From assembly GCA_002633005.1 (NCBI GenBank), contig NMRA01000100.1, positions 945,787-1,009,786 on the forward strand: a stretch of 64,000 bases of DNA, read 5' to 3'. The stretch is from Phoronis australis (Eukaryota > Animalia > Phoronida). Position 1 is the first letter of the stretch; each line of letters starts with the position of its first letter. Positions 52,401 through 63,977 of this stretch are shown piece after piece. The notes below the pieces were generated by a model that was given only the letters and a program-made list of their open reading frames with translations, was not told the origin of the DNA and searched no databases. Position numbers and translations under genes: made by a program.

Positions 52401-55400
52401 ACTAAAATTGCCATTAGGGGGCACAGTCGTAGTCGGCTCCATCCGAAAGTTCGCTCATGCCGTCCCATTCATGATGGGAACATATGTGCAAAATTTCATG
52501 AACGTACGTCAAAGGGTTTTGGAGATAGAGCAGCGGATGCTGGACGCCGTACGTCGGAGGCGGACGGACAAACGCCGGACAGACGCCGGAAAGACGCCGG
52601 CCGGACGGACGGACGGAGATGACGGCATAATGTGTCCGCATATAAATATGTGGGCGCATATAAATATGTGGGCGCATAATAAAAACATGCATCTCAGTAA
52701 AAAGTTATGCAGCAGTGACGTCATCTTCTGTTAGCATTTCAGTGACAATTCTTCACCTGTTGGCAGTGAGGTGAACTCAACAAATATACAGATTAATAAA
52801 ATGTTGATTTATTATTAGCTTAACACAAACTGTATAGATGTCATGAAATGGCATTTGATAAAGTTTTCTTTCAGTACGGTAATTAGTTTGACAAATAAAA
52901 ATGCAATTACTTAGTGGAATTACCATGCAGTGAAGTTTCTTGAGCCCATAAAAGACAAAATGATAGAAAAACAACAATAGTGAGTGAGCAAAGTCCACAG
53001 TTGCGTAGAAGATTGAGGAAACATAATGGACCTATTTGGCAATCGGCCACTCAGGTTTAATTTTTCTTTGTCACAAAAGTCAGAATCAATCTCATTGAGG
53101 AAAAAGTGCTTCCACTGAGAACTCCCAATAAACTATGGCCTAAGACTCCTGGGAAAAATAATTCGCCAAGAAAGGAATTGAATCCACAATCTCAAGACTG
53201 ATTTTTACCAAGTGCTTCAAACACAAGGCCACTGACCAATGACAAATTCAAAAGCAACATGATCATCTGTCATTACCTGACATGCAACAATGCTTGCATT
53301 ATGCACTCAATGCATGTAAACATTACATCACCACTATACTTACCTTGTTATTGCCGTTTTCATACAGTCTAGACGCGACATGTTCTGACCACTGACGTCA
53401 CCACCAGATTTAAGTGCTCTCCATTCAGCTGTAACAACATTTTGATAAAGATGATAAAATCTCATTAAAATTATATTTTTTGATAATGCTTATGAAAGTT
53501 TGTCAGATATCTTGCCTGACTTTTACCCTCCGTCAGAGCGAAGGCGGTAGAGACTGTTCTCTATTTATCATTTTCACAAGTATCTGACCATGCCATAACA
53601 GAAAACTTAGGTTTCATCAGCAAACAACAATGGTTTCTAAATTGAGGCTCTTCCAGGTATCAAACCATGCAGTCAATTGTTAAGTGTTCCCATACACTTG
53701 TGTACGGCATCACAACTCGCACGCTAATTATCTACCACGGTTCAAAGAATTACCAGCTACAATTATTCATCTACGGGAATCTGAGAACTAAAACCTAATG
53801 TATTAATTTTGGCTAATTCTTCTTGTACTTTTTCGTGCAAAACTGAACCTAATTCAGCTTTTTACGAGAAATTCAATTTCAAGAGCCAAACAGGTTGAAA
53901 TACCATAAGTTTTAGCCTACAATCAATTACTTTTAACCAGTGTTTTAGTTATGAAGCCATCGCTAATGCGGTAATTGCTCTGCTCTACACAATAGAACCT
54001 TAGATCAAATTCCTTCGATAAACACCTGGTTTCTTGACAACAGTGACATCTATTGACAAAGAACAAGGTGGTCTGAAACGAGCAGAGTTTTAGCACTTTT
54101 CAAAACTGGCCCTCCCTGGAAAAGGTACAGAAGCGATGTTTTTAAGGGGAATACAAAAGGTAAGAAAGTCTATCTTATGTTTTGCTTATGTGCCAAATGT
54201 TAGCACAGTAGCTACATAAGCTATTGTAAAATTGCCTGGATGTTCCTATCAAAGAACCATGGAAATAGTTAAACCCCATGCTTTTAACATTTGTTACAAA
54301 GTAATAACAAACTAAAGAGCAAAATTTAGTTTTTTAGCATCATTATGCTCACGATATGAAAAACATATGTTAGCACCAAGCCTCGGTCCCCCTCCCTCCC
54401 AAAGCAAAACCTTATTACAGTGGTTCGTGAAAATGGTGAGAAGTGCGATGAACAGTTTCCTAGTCCATCAGCTCTATCCACCATTTATGAACGATCAGGG
54501 GAGCAGTTGTTCAGTGGTTTATATAATCAAATGAACAGGCCACGGCAATTAAAGGGCAGATAACACCAGCTACTATACTTGACACAGCTGACTGCACCTA
54601 CTCCCAAAAGCACTGGTTAGGATTAAAACTTTGATACTTTGAAAGACACCAATACCTAGAAGGGCTGGCATTTGGCAATTTGAACTCATGGACCCACTGA
54701 CGTCAACACAGTAGATTAATACACCAGAGGATTTCCCCCTCTCATCTCTAGCGTCATCTGTTGGTGGTGGAGTCAGCATATAATCCACTTGGTGCTCACT
54801 TGGCACTTGAGCTGCATCATCCAACTCTAGGTTGGCGCTGGCGTCACCACAGAATTCACTGTAAGAACACAATATTATACAATATATGGCATTATTTTAT
54901 CAATATAGAACCACTACACTATTGACCTTTGTTATAGATAACGAAAACTGATGCAAGCGCACCCCAGAGTGTAGATTTTTATGATAAGAGTCATCCAATC
55001 AAGAATACAGAAAATGTCAAGCACAAAATCATTTGCATGGTAAGCTAGCACTTGATTTTGAATAAAAGTTACTTGTTAACATGCATTTACATCTTTGATA
55101 AACTGAACTTCTAACTGCTATTAAAGTAAAGTGATTTCAACAGATCATTTATCAATGTCTATTAGCAGGGCTGCTTTGAATGACAGCTATCCCACAATCC
55201 TTTGTGTATATGAAGTCACGTGCTTTCACTAAAAAAAGTCAATCCCTCATCTACCTACCATCAGTTAGTGATGTGATGGAATTAGCAATCTCAGACAAGA
55301 TCTATTGATACAGTAGCTGACCTATTTAGCACACAATAATTGAAATTTCATTGCCAAATTTCTCAACAAAAATGACTAATAGAAAATTTTAGTCTTTAGT

Positions 55401-58400
55401 TGTACTGCATTTGGTGAAATTAACGTTATATTTATAGTAAAGTAACGAGCATCAGAAAAACAGAAATGACAATTTTGCAATTATTTTTGGGCAAAGCAAG
55501 TGAAGGATTGTACTTTTGTAATAACCAAAGACCATCATGACCTAGCTGACAGTCATATATAACAAAAGGCTAGCAGTGAATCGATGGCCATAGGTCTATC
55601 ACTTGGCTGCCAATGTTGTGACAACCCACAGAAGTATCACAGTGTAACATTAGTAGGTCTATGGTATCATAAATAGAGGGAGAGGCTCTGATCACAATTG
55701 CCAGTCATGACAATATTGACCAATATTGACCAATATTGACTTTGTTGGTCATACCCGAAGGCTGGGCAGGGATCTCTTCCCCCCGCAAATTTGCTTACTC
55801 CGGGGTTTTGTCAGGTTTAAATAAAGGAGAATGCAGTTCCTTCAAAAACTACTGCACAACAAACAGCACCACTGACCATTCCCACTGTACTGAATCCTTG
55901 TCTCTATTCAGTTTAGACACCGATGACAGTATCGCTTTGCACCCGCGACAAAAGATGGGGTCACCAGTCATAACGGTGACCTCGTCTGCAAGTGTGCCCA
56001 GACGTAACAGCACAATGTTGGAATCACTTTTCGAGCATTTGAAACTCTTTTGCTTTGAAGGCGGGTTTGAGCCTGTCTTTCCTTGACTTGTGTCACAAGT
56101 TGGAGCATTTCTTCGTCTGAATAAGTCTAAGAAACTTTTTCGCTTTGGGGACTTCTTGGGGCTTTTCTGCTTTGATCTAAAACCAGCTGCAAATAAAAAC
56201 ATAAAGACATTTTGATGGTAATTCTTCATTTATTTAACAATTGCTTGGACGGAGGCTACAGGAAAGTTTATAATGTCAAATTTCTAATCAATAATGAACG
56301 TTACCAAGCTTGTACATCATTATGAGTCAAATTTGTACTGAATAGCAGGTCATACAACATTTACAAATATTGGATTTTCACAACACATTGGTCGGCTAAT
56401 GAAAAATCCAAAATGACAATTTTGGTAACTATATTTTTGGGCAAATTAACTGAAGAATAACCGGCATTCTTAAAGAGTGGTAATAGCAATATGTAGTATT
56501 TTTAACTCTCCAAGTCACTTATGGTCCGTAAACTGTACAATTAATAACACTTGCATGATGCTTTACGTACACTACAACCCTGTTCACACCAAAGCGGTTA
56601 TGATGTTTAAAAAACCCATTTAATGGCTTTAATTCAAGACCTGAACATTTTAAACCCGGTTTTAATTGTAATGGCGTTGCTCGGTTATAACCCTTTGTGA
56701 TGGTGGTCTAGCGAGAGGTTATAACAATTGTAACTCGGTGTGAACATGAAAGTTGCAGTAGATGGCACTGCTGTCAAATCTAGTTGGAAACAAGCGGGCA
56801 CACTGAGGCACTAACTAGAGTGAATGAGACCACTAGCGTCTGTACTAGGGTTACAACAGCTGAATATGTCAAGGTCCTGTGCCTGTAAATGAGAAGGAAA
56901 TGTAGCTTAGCACAGATAGACACACTGACATTATTTTATAGTTTACCCTGTTTAGAGCAAAGTTGTTTGAGTCCTGCAATTTTTGTAGCTTTCCTGAACG
57001 AATCTTCTATGGTTGGGTCGTACTGGTCCACAAACATGTCACACACAAATCTGAGAGTCAGAGACGACTTCCCAACACCTCCACTGCCAACCATGACCAC
57101 CTGTCAAATTAATGAGGCAAACATTGCAACATCTCAAACAGATAGCTTTACCTCACTTACATAAAAGATGCAGAAAGTTTGTGATAAGATGGTTGTAACT
57201 TTGTAAAACAGTTACTAGTTTCCTCTCCAACTTTGATCACTCCTCTGAGATTGGTACTAGGTAAAATATTTTGTTCTATGTCATTATATAAAGGTTGACA
57301 AGTACTATTAACAAAATATTTAATTTTTTCAATTAAAAAAGCATTTTGGTCAGATTTCAACATAAACTGTCTTGAGTATTGTACATTACAGTTGGTGGCA
57401 GGACAGGAATTTCCATTTAGGCCCAATACTATTACCTTTTTATGATTACTTCAATAACACGCGTGTATTTGGATCAATACAGATCAATGCGGGCTTACAT
57501 ACCAAAACAGGTTAATGTGTTTAAACCTGAGAAATACTTGAGTGAAAGTGAGGAGCAAATTTTGTAAAATATGTCTTAGTGAAATTTGATTTATCAAGCA
57601 AACAGTGGTAGGCACTGAAATGCGTTCAATTTAAATGGATAAAAACTGCATTTCGCCCCGTTTAGGTGTCATTTCAGACATTTTTGAAGTTATTAATGGA
57701 AGAACTAAACCAGCAGCTGACCTGTAATGTATTCACAGACATTGTTGTATCACAAAACTGGTCTATTTTTAATGGAATTCCCTGCGCACCATTTTTAATT
57801 TCAGTATTGGCCAAACCTAATTAAATCAATGATTTTTTAACTCGTTTTGTGACCTGTTCAGGGTTGTATAATTGTTGCTCTTGGTAACAGAATACAAGCG
57901 CTATCATAGAAAGCAAATTTTGAGACAGGATAGAGTAAAAGGTTGAATTCAATTTTCATTTTAGCCAGCTAAACAAGGTGTAATGCAGCATTAAATTAAA
58001 ATGATAAAAACTGGACAAAACAGCCATTTTAAGACATGCACAAGAGATAGATGCATATATCCACAAGTGAAGTTAAGGTGCAAGCGCCTATGTATGAAAC
58101 ACTCAAGCAAAAATTTTCTGTAAAAAATCCTTATTTCAAATATAGCCAGGATTGAATATATGCATATAAAGCAACACAATGCCCTATTTCGCAGAACTAT
58201 CATTTGTTGATAGGTGAATAGTTACTTCAAATCACCTTGACAGGTGCAAGTGTTGCACTAAAGACTGTGCATAGGAGTCCGGACATAACATGCCCACATT
58301 TTGAGAAACTGATGCCTGTTATTCAGTGAAGAAAACTGGTTCTCAAAATGCGGGCACACTATATCCGACTTTGGGTACACAAGGTGCTGCGTTTTGTGGT

Positions 58401-60830
58401 GAGTGTCAAGACTTCATCACCCCATGTCATTGTTCTGCTCTTTGGAAAGTGTTCCACAACATGTGGTAAGCCAGGTTTTGTTACAAGCATATCTTATTCT
58501 TTCCCCTTACCTTGTATCCAACACTCGTTCTTGGTGCTAATCTGACCACGGCATGGAAGGCTTCCGTCACATTGTGGTTCGTTTTAGCAGAAGTGCGGAA
58601 AACAGGTTTCTTGCACTGTTTAGAAAATCGCTTCTCGTCCTCCTCCGACACCTGATAGGTGACAGGGTCAAGGTCACACTTATTGGCGCAAAATACCTGA
58701 TAAAGTAAAATTATAACTGAATAAACCGTTCAGTAGATATACTTCGAGGCCTGTTTAATAGTTTATATATTAGAAAAACTCACATACGGTAGTCCAATAC
58801 AACCACAGTATGGCACAAATCTCATTTAACTGAATAAAGGCCGAGTGCACGAATCAGAACAACTGTGAATGCTGAACTTAGTCTAACTTTTAGCCCCCGG
58901 GGGAAAATCAAACTAATATGCACATCTGATTGTCGCAGCTTTTATTGTAATAACAGTATAAGACTGGAGCCCATGGGCGGTGCAGCACTGAAAAAAGTGA
59001 GGGGCTATAGCCCCCCAGCCCCCCATGGTGCGCCGCCCATGCAAAAGCAAGATAAGAGAGTACCATAAATGAATCCCGGCAAACTATAATCACAACGTGA
59101 GGATTTGCACCCATAGCCTCTCTTTCATAAGCCCAGACTTACCAGTGGTACATCATCAACCCCTTTCAATTTTTTGATAAATGTGAGTAAATGTTGCGCT
59201 TCTGTAAATGACTGTCTCTGTGTGATGTCATAGACAACAAGGAAGCAGTCTCCGTCTCTCATATACTGTTCCCTTAAGACAGAGTACTCTTCTTGTCCAG
59301 CTGTGTCCAGAATGTCTAGTAAACAAGTCTGTAATAACACAAGAGAGATCAGTTATGGGGTCAGTACCAGCTCTACATCTTTGGGAATCAGAAGTTTGAT
59401 CAATGACTCTGGGGACCCCTCAAGCATATTGCATTGTCATCATGATGTGCACCCCATCCGATGGTCCCGCCCAGTCTAGGCTCTAGTCACCTTTCCAGAA
59501 CCACCAATGCCCATTCCAAAACAGCTCAGTAATGCCCGACCTGAACTCAATACCATCATATTACGAAGTACCAAGATGGGCTCCTTCATTCAGTTTCATC
59601 CTGTACATGAATAGTTTCACTCAGAATGGAACTTCAGAGTGGGGCTCCCCCACTCCCAGTAAGATGGGTCTGAAGCTTAAGCTTACTTGCCTATCTGCCA
59701 CTGGTACTAATTAAAGCTAATTTGCAACGTGATTCTTCAGTGTTTTTACTTAAACTTGGCACTCAGTCAAAGTCTCAGTACCAGCTCTACATCTTTGGGA
59801 ATCAGAAGTTTGATCAATGAGCATTGGGGACCCCTGAAGTTGCATGTTGTCATCATGATGTGCACCCCATCCCGCCCAGTCTAGGCTCTAGTCACCTTTC
59901 CAGAACCACCAATGCCCATTCCAAAACAGCTCAGTAATGCACGACGTGAACTCAATACCATCATATTATGAAGTACCAAGATGGGCTCCTTCATTCAGTT
60001 TCATGGTACGTGGAAAATAGTTTCACTCAGAATGGGAACTTCAGAGTGGGGCTCCCCACTCCCAGTAAGATGGGTCTGAAGCTTAAGCTTACATACCTAT
60101 CTGCCACTGGTACTAAAGCTAGTTTGCAAAGTGATTCTTCAGTGTTTTTACTTAAACTTGGCACTCAAAGTCTCGAATTTTCACTCGCGTTTGCCTATTA
60201 CTGATACTCAGCCGGGCTGTAGCGGCTCGATCAAATTTAGCTGCCAGGTAATTTGTAGGCCTAAGTGTGAAGTTGGACTAGAAACTTATCTTGGTGCGCA
60301 TACACTGTAACATGTAGTACAGCCCAGTCTAATTAGACACGTAACCCGTTCACTCAACAGTAAATTACAGTTTCACTGAGTTTACCACTTTTACCTTTTA
60401 CTTTAGCGCAGGCTCACAATTCATAGACAGCTCCACCTAGTGGATGAATAATTAAACCGATTGCGCATGAGACCAAGGCAAGAACAGTACTGGGGACGCG
60501 ATCAGAAGCTGAGGACGGCTGCGGTCTCATGCAGGGTCTTTGATGAGACACTTTTGAGCGAGTTCGCGTTAAATTCAGTTAAGCAACTCCATAAGTTACA
60601 AAAGAAGGATTATTGAATATTTTTCCAGCTAATTTTCATCTTATAATGGCATTGAGCATTATCAGCACAGTATCAAAAGCAATGCTCAATATTGTTTTTA
60701 AAAATACCTCTTCATCCATACCACCAACATTCATATTTCCAAAATTCTCTTCTAACAACTCCTCCGAAATGTCCTCGACGTCGTCATCAGTTGTATGCCC
60801 GATCCATAGGAATTCCCCTCCAAATTCCAT
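43329..60830 (-). CDS. cpras1: Circularly permuted Ras protein 1-like (cpRAS GTPase G3-G4-G5-G1-G2 + C4 zinc finger + VWA domain), 14 coding exons, about 817 aa
   Basis: Exons in transcript order, all GT-AG and phase-consistent: 60830-60708, 59328-59143, 58696-58511, 57100-56947, 56186-55877, 54858-54656, 53428-53344, 51058-50855, 50569-50389, 49014-48775, 48278-48168, 47161-47066, 46683-46592, 46364-46253, 43499-43329 (the list gives 15 segments including the less certain first exon). Motifs in order: [37 protein letters not shown]...[24 protein letters not shown]. Confidence 0.9.
46253..46364 (-). CDS. cpras1: cpRAS gene exon ([10 protein letters not shown]...ADMESS)
   Basis: 112 nt, ttttag/gtaagt. 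Confidence 0.8.
46592..46683 (-). CDS. cpras1: cpRAS gene exon ([28 protein letters not shown])
   Basis: 92 nt, tttcag/gtaagt. Confidence 0.85.
47066..47161 (-). CDS. cpras1: cpRAS gene exon ([18 protein letters not shown]...MEQ)
   Basis: 96 nt, phase 0/0. Confidence 0.85.
48168..48278 (-). CDS. cpras1: cpRAS gene exon ([16 protein letters not shown]...FPLQ)
   Basis: 111 nt, phase 0/0. Confidence 0.85.
48775..49014 (-). CDS. cpras1: cpRAS gene exon ([17 protein letters not shown]...[12 protein letters not shown])
   Basis: 240 nt, ttttag/gtgagt. Confidence 0.88.
50389..50569 (-). CDS. cpras1: cpRAS gene VWA exon (TALGPAL...[14 protein letters not shown])
   Basis: 181 nt, MIDAS Thr and Asp motifs. 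Confidence 0.9.
50855..51058 (-). CDS. cpras1: cpRAS gene VWA exon ([21 protein letters not shown]...)
   Basis: 204 nt, tttcag/gtgagt. Confidence 0.88.
51144..52685 (-). mobile_element. Apparently full-length Helentron-associated (HINE/DINE-1-like) element with central tandem array
   Basis: On -: T-run start, subterminal hairpin (52630-52680), (CCGT)n microsatellite (52555-52620), about 150-bp monomers grouped in 440-455-bp higher-order units, terminal ...GCTCTTGT. Family assignment rests on structure only. Confidence 0.75.
53344..53428 (-). CDS. cpras1: cpRAS gene VWA exon (AEWRAL...[12 protein letters not shown])
   Basis: 85 nt, ttacag/gtaagt, phases fit. Confidence 0.85.
54656..54858 (-). 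CDS. cpras1: cpRAS gene exon: CEFC and start of VWA ([10 protein letters not shown])
   Basis: 203 nt, MIDAS DxSxS motif. Confidence 0.9.
55877..56186 (-). CDS. cpras1: cpRAS gene exon: basic linker and first half of zinc finger ([15 protein letters not shown])
   Basis: 310 nt, ttgcag/gtcagt. Confidence 0.88.
56581..56746. mobile_element. Small MITE-like element
   Basis: Inverted ends tgttcacacc / ggtgtgaaca. Confidence 0.4.
56947..57100 (-). CDS. cpras1: cpRAS exon with G1 and G2 ([37 protein letters not shown])
   Basis: 154 nt, tgacag/gtaaac. Confidence 0.95.
58511..58696 (-). CDS. cpras1: cpRAS exon with G4 and G5 (VFCANKCDL...[15 protein letters not shown]...GYK)
   Basis: 186 nt, tatcag/gtaagg. 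Confidence 0.93.
58972..59041. mobile_element. 70-bp MITE-like element
   Basis: Inverted ends catgggcggtgca / tgcgccgcccatg. Confidence 0.5.
59143..59328 (-). CDS. cpras1: cpRAS exon with G3 ([24 protein letters not shown]...DVPL)
   Basis: 186 nt, ttacag/gtaagt; close to Ras switch II region. Confidence 0.95.
59361..60166. repeat. Tandem duplication of about 400 bp in the first cpRAS intron
   Basis: 59361-59765 and 59775-60166 are near-identical with several indels; no N at the junction. Confidence 0.85.
60708..60830 (-). CDS. cpras1: cpRAS gene, probable first coding exon ([12 protein letters not shown]...GMDEE)
   Basis: ATG in aaaaATGG context, acidic 41 aa, phase-0 donor GAG|gtattt compatible with the next exon. 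Confidence 0.7.
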
Positions 60831-61131
60831 TTTTGCAACTGGTCACGCAGTACAGTAAGCAAATCCGGCTTTTCGTACTCGGTAGTCTTGGGAGAGATTG
60901 GTTCATATAGAATCAAATCAATTTGCAAACGATCGTTGTTGCCTTTAGTTTATATTTACGAGATCCCTGTTCTAAAAATAACCTCACTGTGAACAGCACA
61001 CTCCCATGTCTAAAAATAGAAACAGGAAAGCCTTGGTTTTGTATAACAGCGCACTCTTTCGGTGAATGGAACAACTATCTACCTAACTCCGGCGCTGGAG
61101 CAGTTCGAGAGCCACTGAACTGGGATGCTCG

Positions 61132-61212
61132 CACGGGCAGATCCAGGATTTTGAGTTAGGTGGGGGGNGACACGGCCCCCTTGCATGGCCCGCCCCTCTA
61201 AATCCGCCACTG
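61132..61212. mobile_element. Short MITE of the same family (contains an N)
   Basis: cacgggcagatccaggattttgagtt...ctctaaatccgccactg; flanks gctcg/actcg. Confidence 0.65.
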
Positions 61213-63766
61213 ACTCGATCAAAGTAGGACGATGAATCGATCAATGTTTCCTGTACAAGAGGTTGCTTCCTGTGTTTTGATTTTGCATTTGGCAGACAAT
61301 ATAAGTTCCGGAATAATAGGCAATTAGTCATTTTTAGTTTCATGGATAATGACTTGCTTTTGCCGGGACCTAGGACCAATATCTCCTGACGGTCTGTGGA
61401 AGGGGAACCCGAAGTTCGCCGCCGGCGGCTCCCGACAAGTAAGTAGATTTTTAGTTTCGTGGATACTTCGTAATTACGAGCACATTATTTCTTTGGCTCA
61501 CTATTATAGTCTTTTCGTGACTGGAGGTTTAGTTTCGAACTGAAGCTGGCATGTTCGTGCCAGTCGATCCCAGCGGCCGCGACGGGCCTGATCTGGTTCC
61601 GAGCCACTGGCTGGGATAACGAGTCAGTCCGGCCGCGACGGGCCCGGCTGATCAGGGTTCCGAGCCAGACTAGTGGCCGGGATAACAAGCGTTTTGTGTG
61701 TTTAGATCACTAAAAAAATGACAAGTCTAAACAACAAAGATTTAGGTTCTCCTGTCTGTATTTCACGGTAGAATACTTCGAATTTATCTCTGAACAGATC
61801 CCTAACTCCTGCTACGGACCTTAGTAAATTGGCCTGCTCAACTTTGTAGTCTAGTGTTCAAACTCAGATACCAATAAATCCGTAACAGCGAAATAAAACA
61901 ACACGTTTTTATAAGAACTCGGTGTATTTTTAAGGGTTTTACATCGAAGTTTGATGATTTATTGGTGTTAAACGATGAATTCAAGCGATAAGCTGACACC
62001 AGTAACCCGTGTTGTCAGTCACTGCTGAACACACTGCGTGTGAAACCAATTACGTCATTGGATAATTTCAACACCTCCGTCTGCCGTCAGGTGTCAGGTA
62101 ACGCAACCGAACGTGCCGTTATCGAGTACTACTCGATCTAAATTGATACAAAATAGGTTGTTTTTCGGGTGCCATTGTCCTTTAACAAGACTATTCACAA
62201 AGGCCGCTGCGTTTATAGCGTCATGGACCGTGGCGACACTTAGCGGGCGTGTATGCGCCAACGAAGTACAAGAGGCGTTGAGTAGTACGGCCGATTTCAG
62301 TTTGTCAAATTCAAAATTGTGAAGTGTCTTTGCTTAAAATATTGAAAACAAAAAAAATATGAGCAGTGCCATGGAAAATACACATAGGCAAAATCTAGAC
62401 TCGGTATATCAAGAAAAAACTTTGGCAGTAAAGGTAATAAAGTTACGAGAAATACATCATAAGCTAGTGTGACTCAGAGAGGTAGACAGGTGAAAATAGG
62501 TGATTGGAGGGTGAGCAGGTACAGAACATGTTTAATTTTGTCCAAGGAGGTCAGGGAAGTAAAAAACATAAGACAGACCTGCTGAAGAAGAGGTAGGAGC
62601 AAAAAAAAAAACAGGGNCTTTCTTTCCCCAATATTCCAGGTGTTAATATCAATTAATAAACACTCAATTATTAAAAATTCAATGCACAAACTTTGTTTTA
62701 AAGTATAACTGAAAAATTAACAGACTCTCATCCCCCCAACCATCATATGTTTCCAGATCTTCACTCTCACACGGTAGCACAGGCAAAGCGGCAGAGAGGC
62801 AGAAAGAGGCAAGATAAACACATCAAATTAACTTTTTGGTCATTTTATAATATTCAAAATGTACCGAGTTAAAACTACTCTACACAGTTGCAGGCTGTAT
62901 CTCTCATTGTGCAAATGCCAGAGAAAACCAATTTGGATGTAATAACAACCATCATTGTTGAAACAGTGCTAGCTCAGAACTACATCAATACAAACGGGGA
63001 CCTGAATAGGCATCATAAAAATTATCTGGGGCTGAGGGAATCTAAGTGGTGACCAGTGTAAGGCGTGAAATTCTCCACATGCACTTCAGCACCAATACAT
63101 CTTTTTTGTCCAACAATACGAAAAAGGATGAACTGAAATTTACATTATCTTTTTACTTCAGTTTGTTCAATTTTATAACTTTTGTAATCATCCATACCTG
63201 TAGTAGATTAGTTTGTCATAATATATATGACGTTTATCTCACCCTCACGTGTTTTGTCCTTAAGATCAGAAAACTTTTTTGACTTCTAATAAAAATCCGC
63301 ATGCGGACATAAAACAGGAGTATACGAAACACGCTGCTCAGAAAAGTAACTTTCTCACGGCCAGTTTCCCTTCGGGTGCCTTTGTGACAAAATTGCCAAT
63401 GCAAGGGTGTCCAAGTTTCTTACATTATTCCTTACAGAAACTAGGAGATAGAAACTCTATAAAAAACCTATTCCAGCTGCAGAATTTTACAGGTTTCAAA
63501 AAAGTCTAAACTTTTGTTGCAAAAGTTGACAGCATAGAACCTCTTTTTGTGCTGTTTCCGGAGGTAAAAACTTCATCTGGAAAAATCCCTGCGATAGGAT
63601 TTATGGAATTAACACACTACAAAAAGGGTGATGTCATCTGGAAATAACATTTGATGGAAATTCCCTACTTTTTCCTGTCCACTTTATAGACGGATGGCAT
63701 CCTAATTTCCAGCTGTACCCGTTCACCCCGTCAATGAAAATATGCGAGTAACACTGAGAGCAAAGT

Positions 63767-63977
63767 TCAAAAATCAAAGTACACGGTGACTTTGCCGTCG
63801 ACAAGTTGATATAATAGAATATCACTTGATAGCAGTTCAGATTGGTTTTTTACTTGGCTCCATACTATGACACTCTCCCCAATTCCTGTCAATCTTCGAA
63901 CGTGGGGCAAAAGTGAGGATGCCGGACAGCTCCAGGGACTGTGGCAAGCGGTGTACCTTAGAACACATTCTATCCAG
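63767..63977 (-). CDS. Possible terminal coding exon of an unidentified upstream gene (WIECVLRYTACHSPW...LLYQLVDGKVTVYFDF*)
   Basis: cttctctacag acceptor followed by 69 open codons and TGA; no family recognised. Confidence 0.3.

Noticed and set aside
56947-59328. Ordinary Ras gene scrambled by misassembly, or two partial Ras genes
   Set aside because: No N between the exons, phases join cleanly (GYK|VVMV restores beta-1), and the frame continues into the zinc finger and VWA exons as expected for cpRAS.
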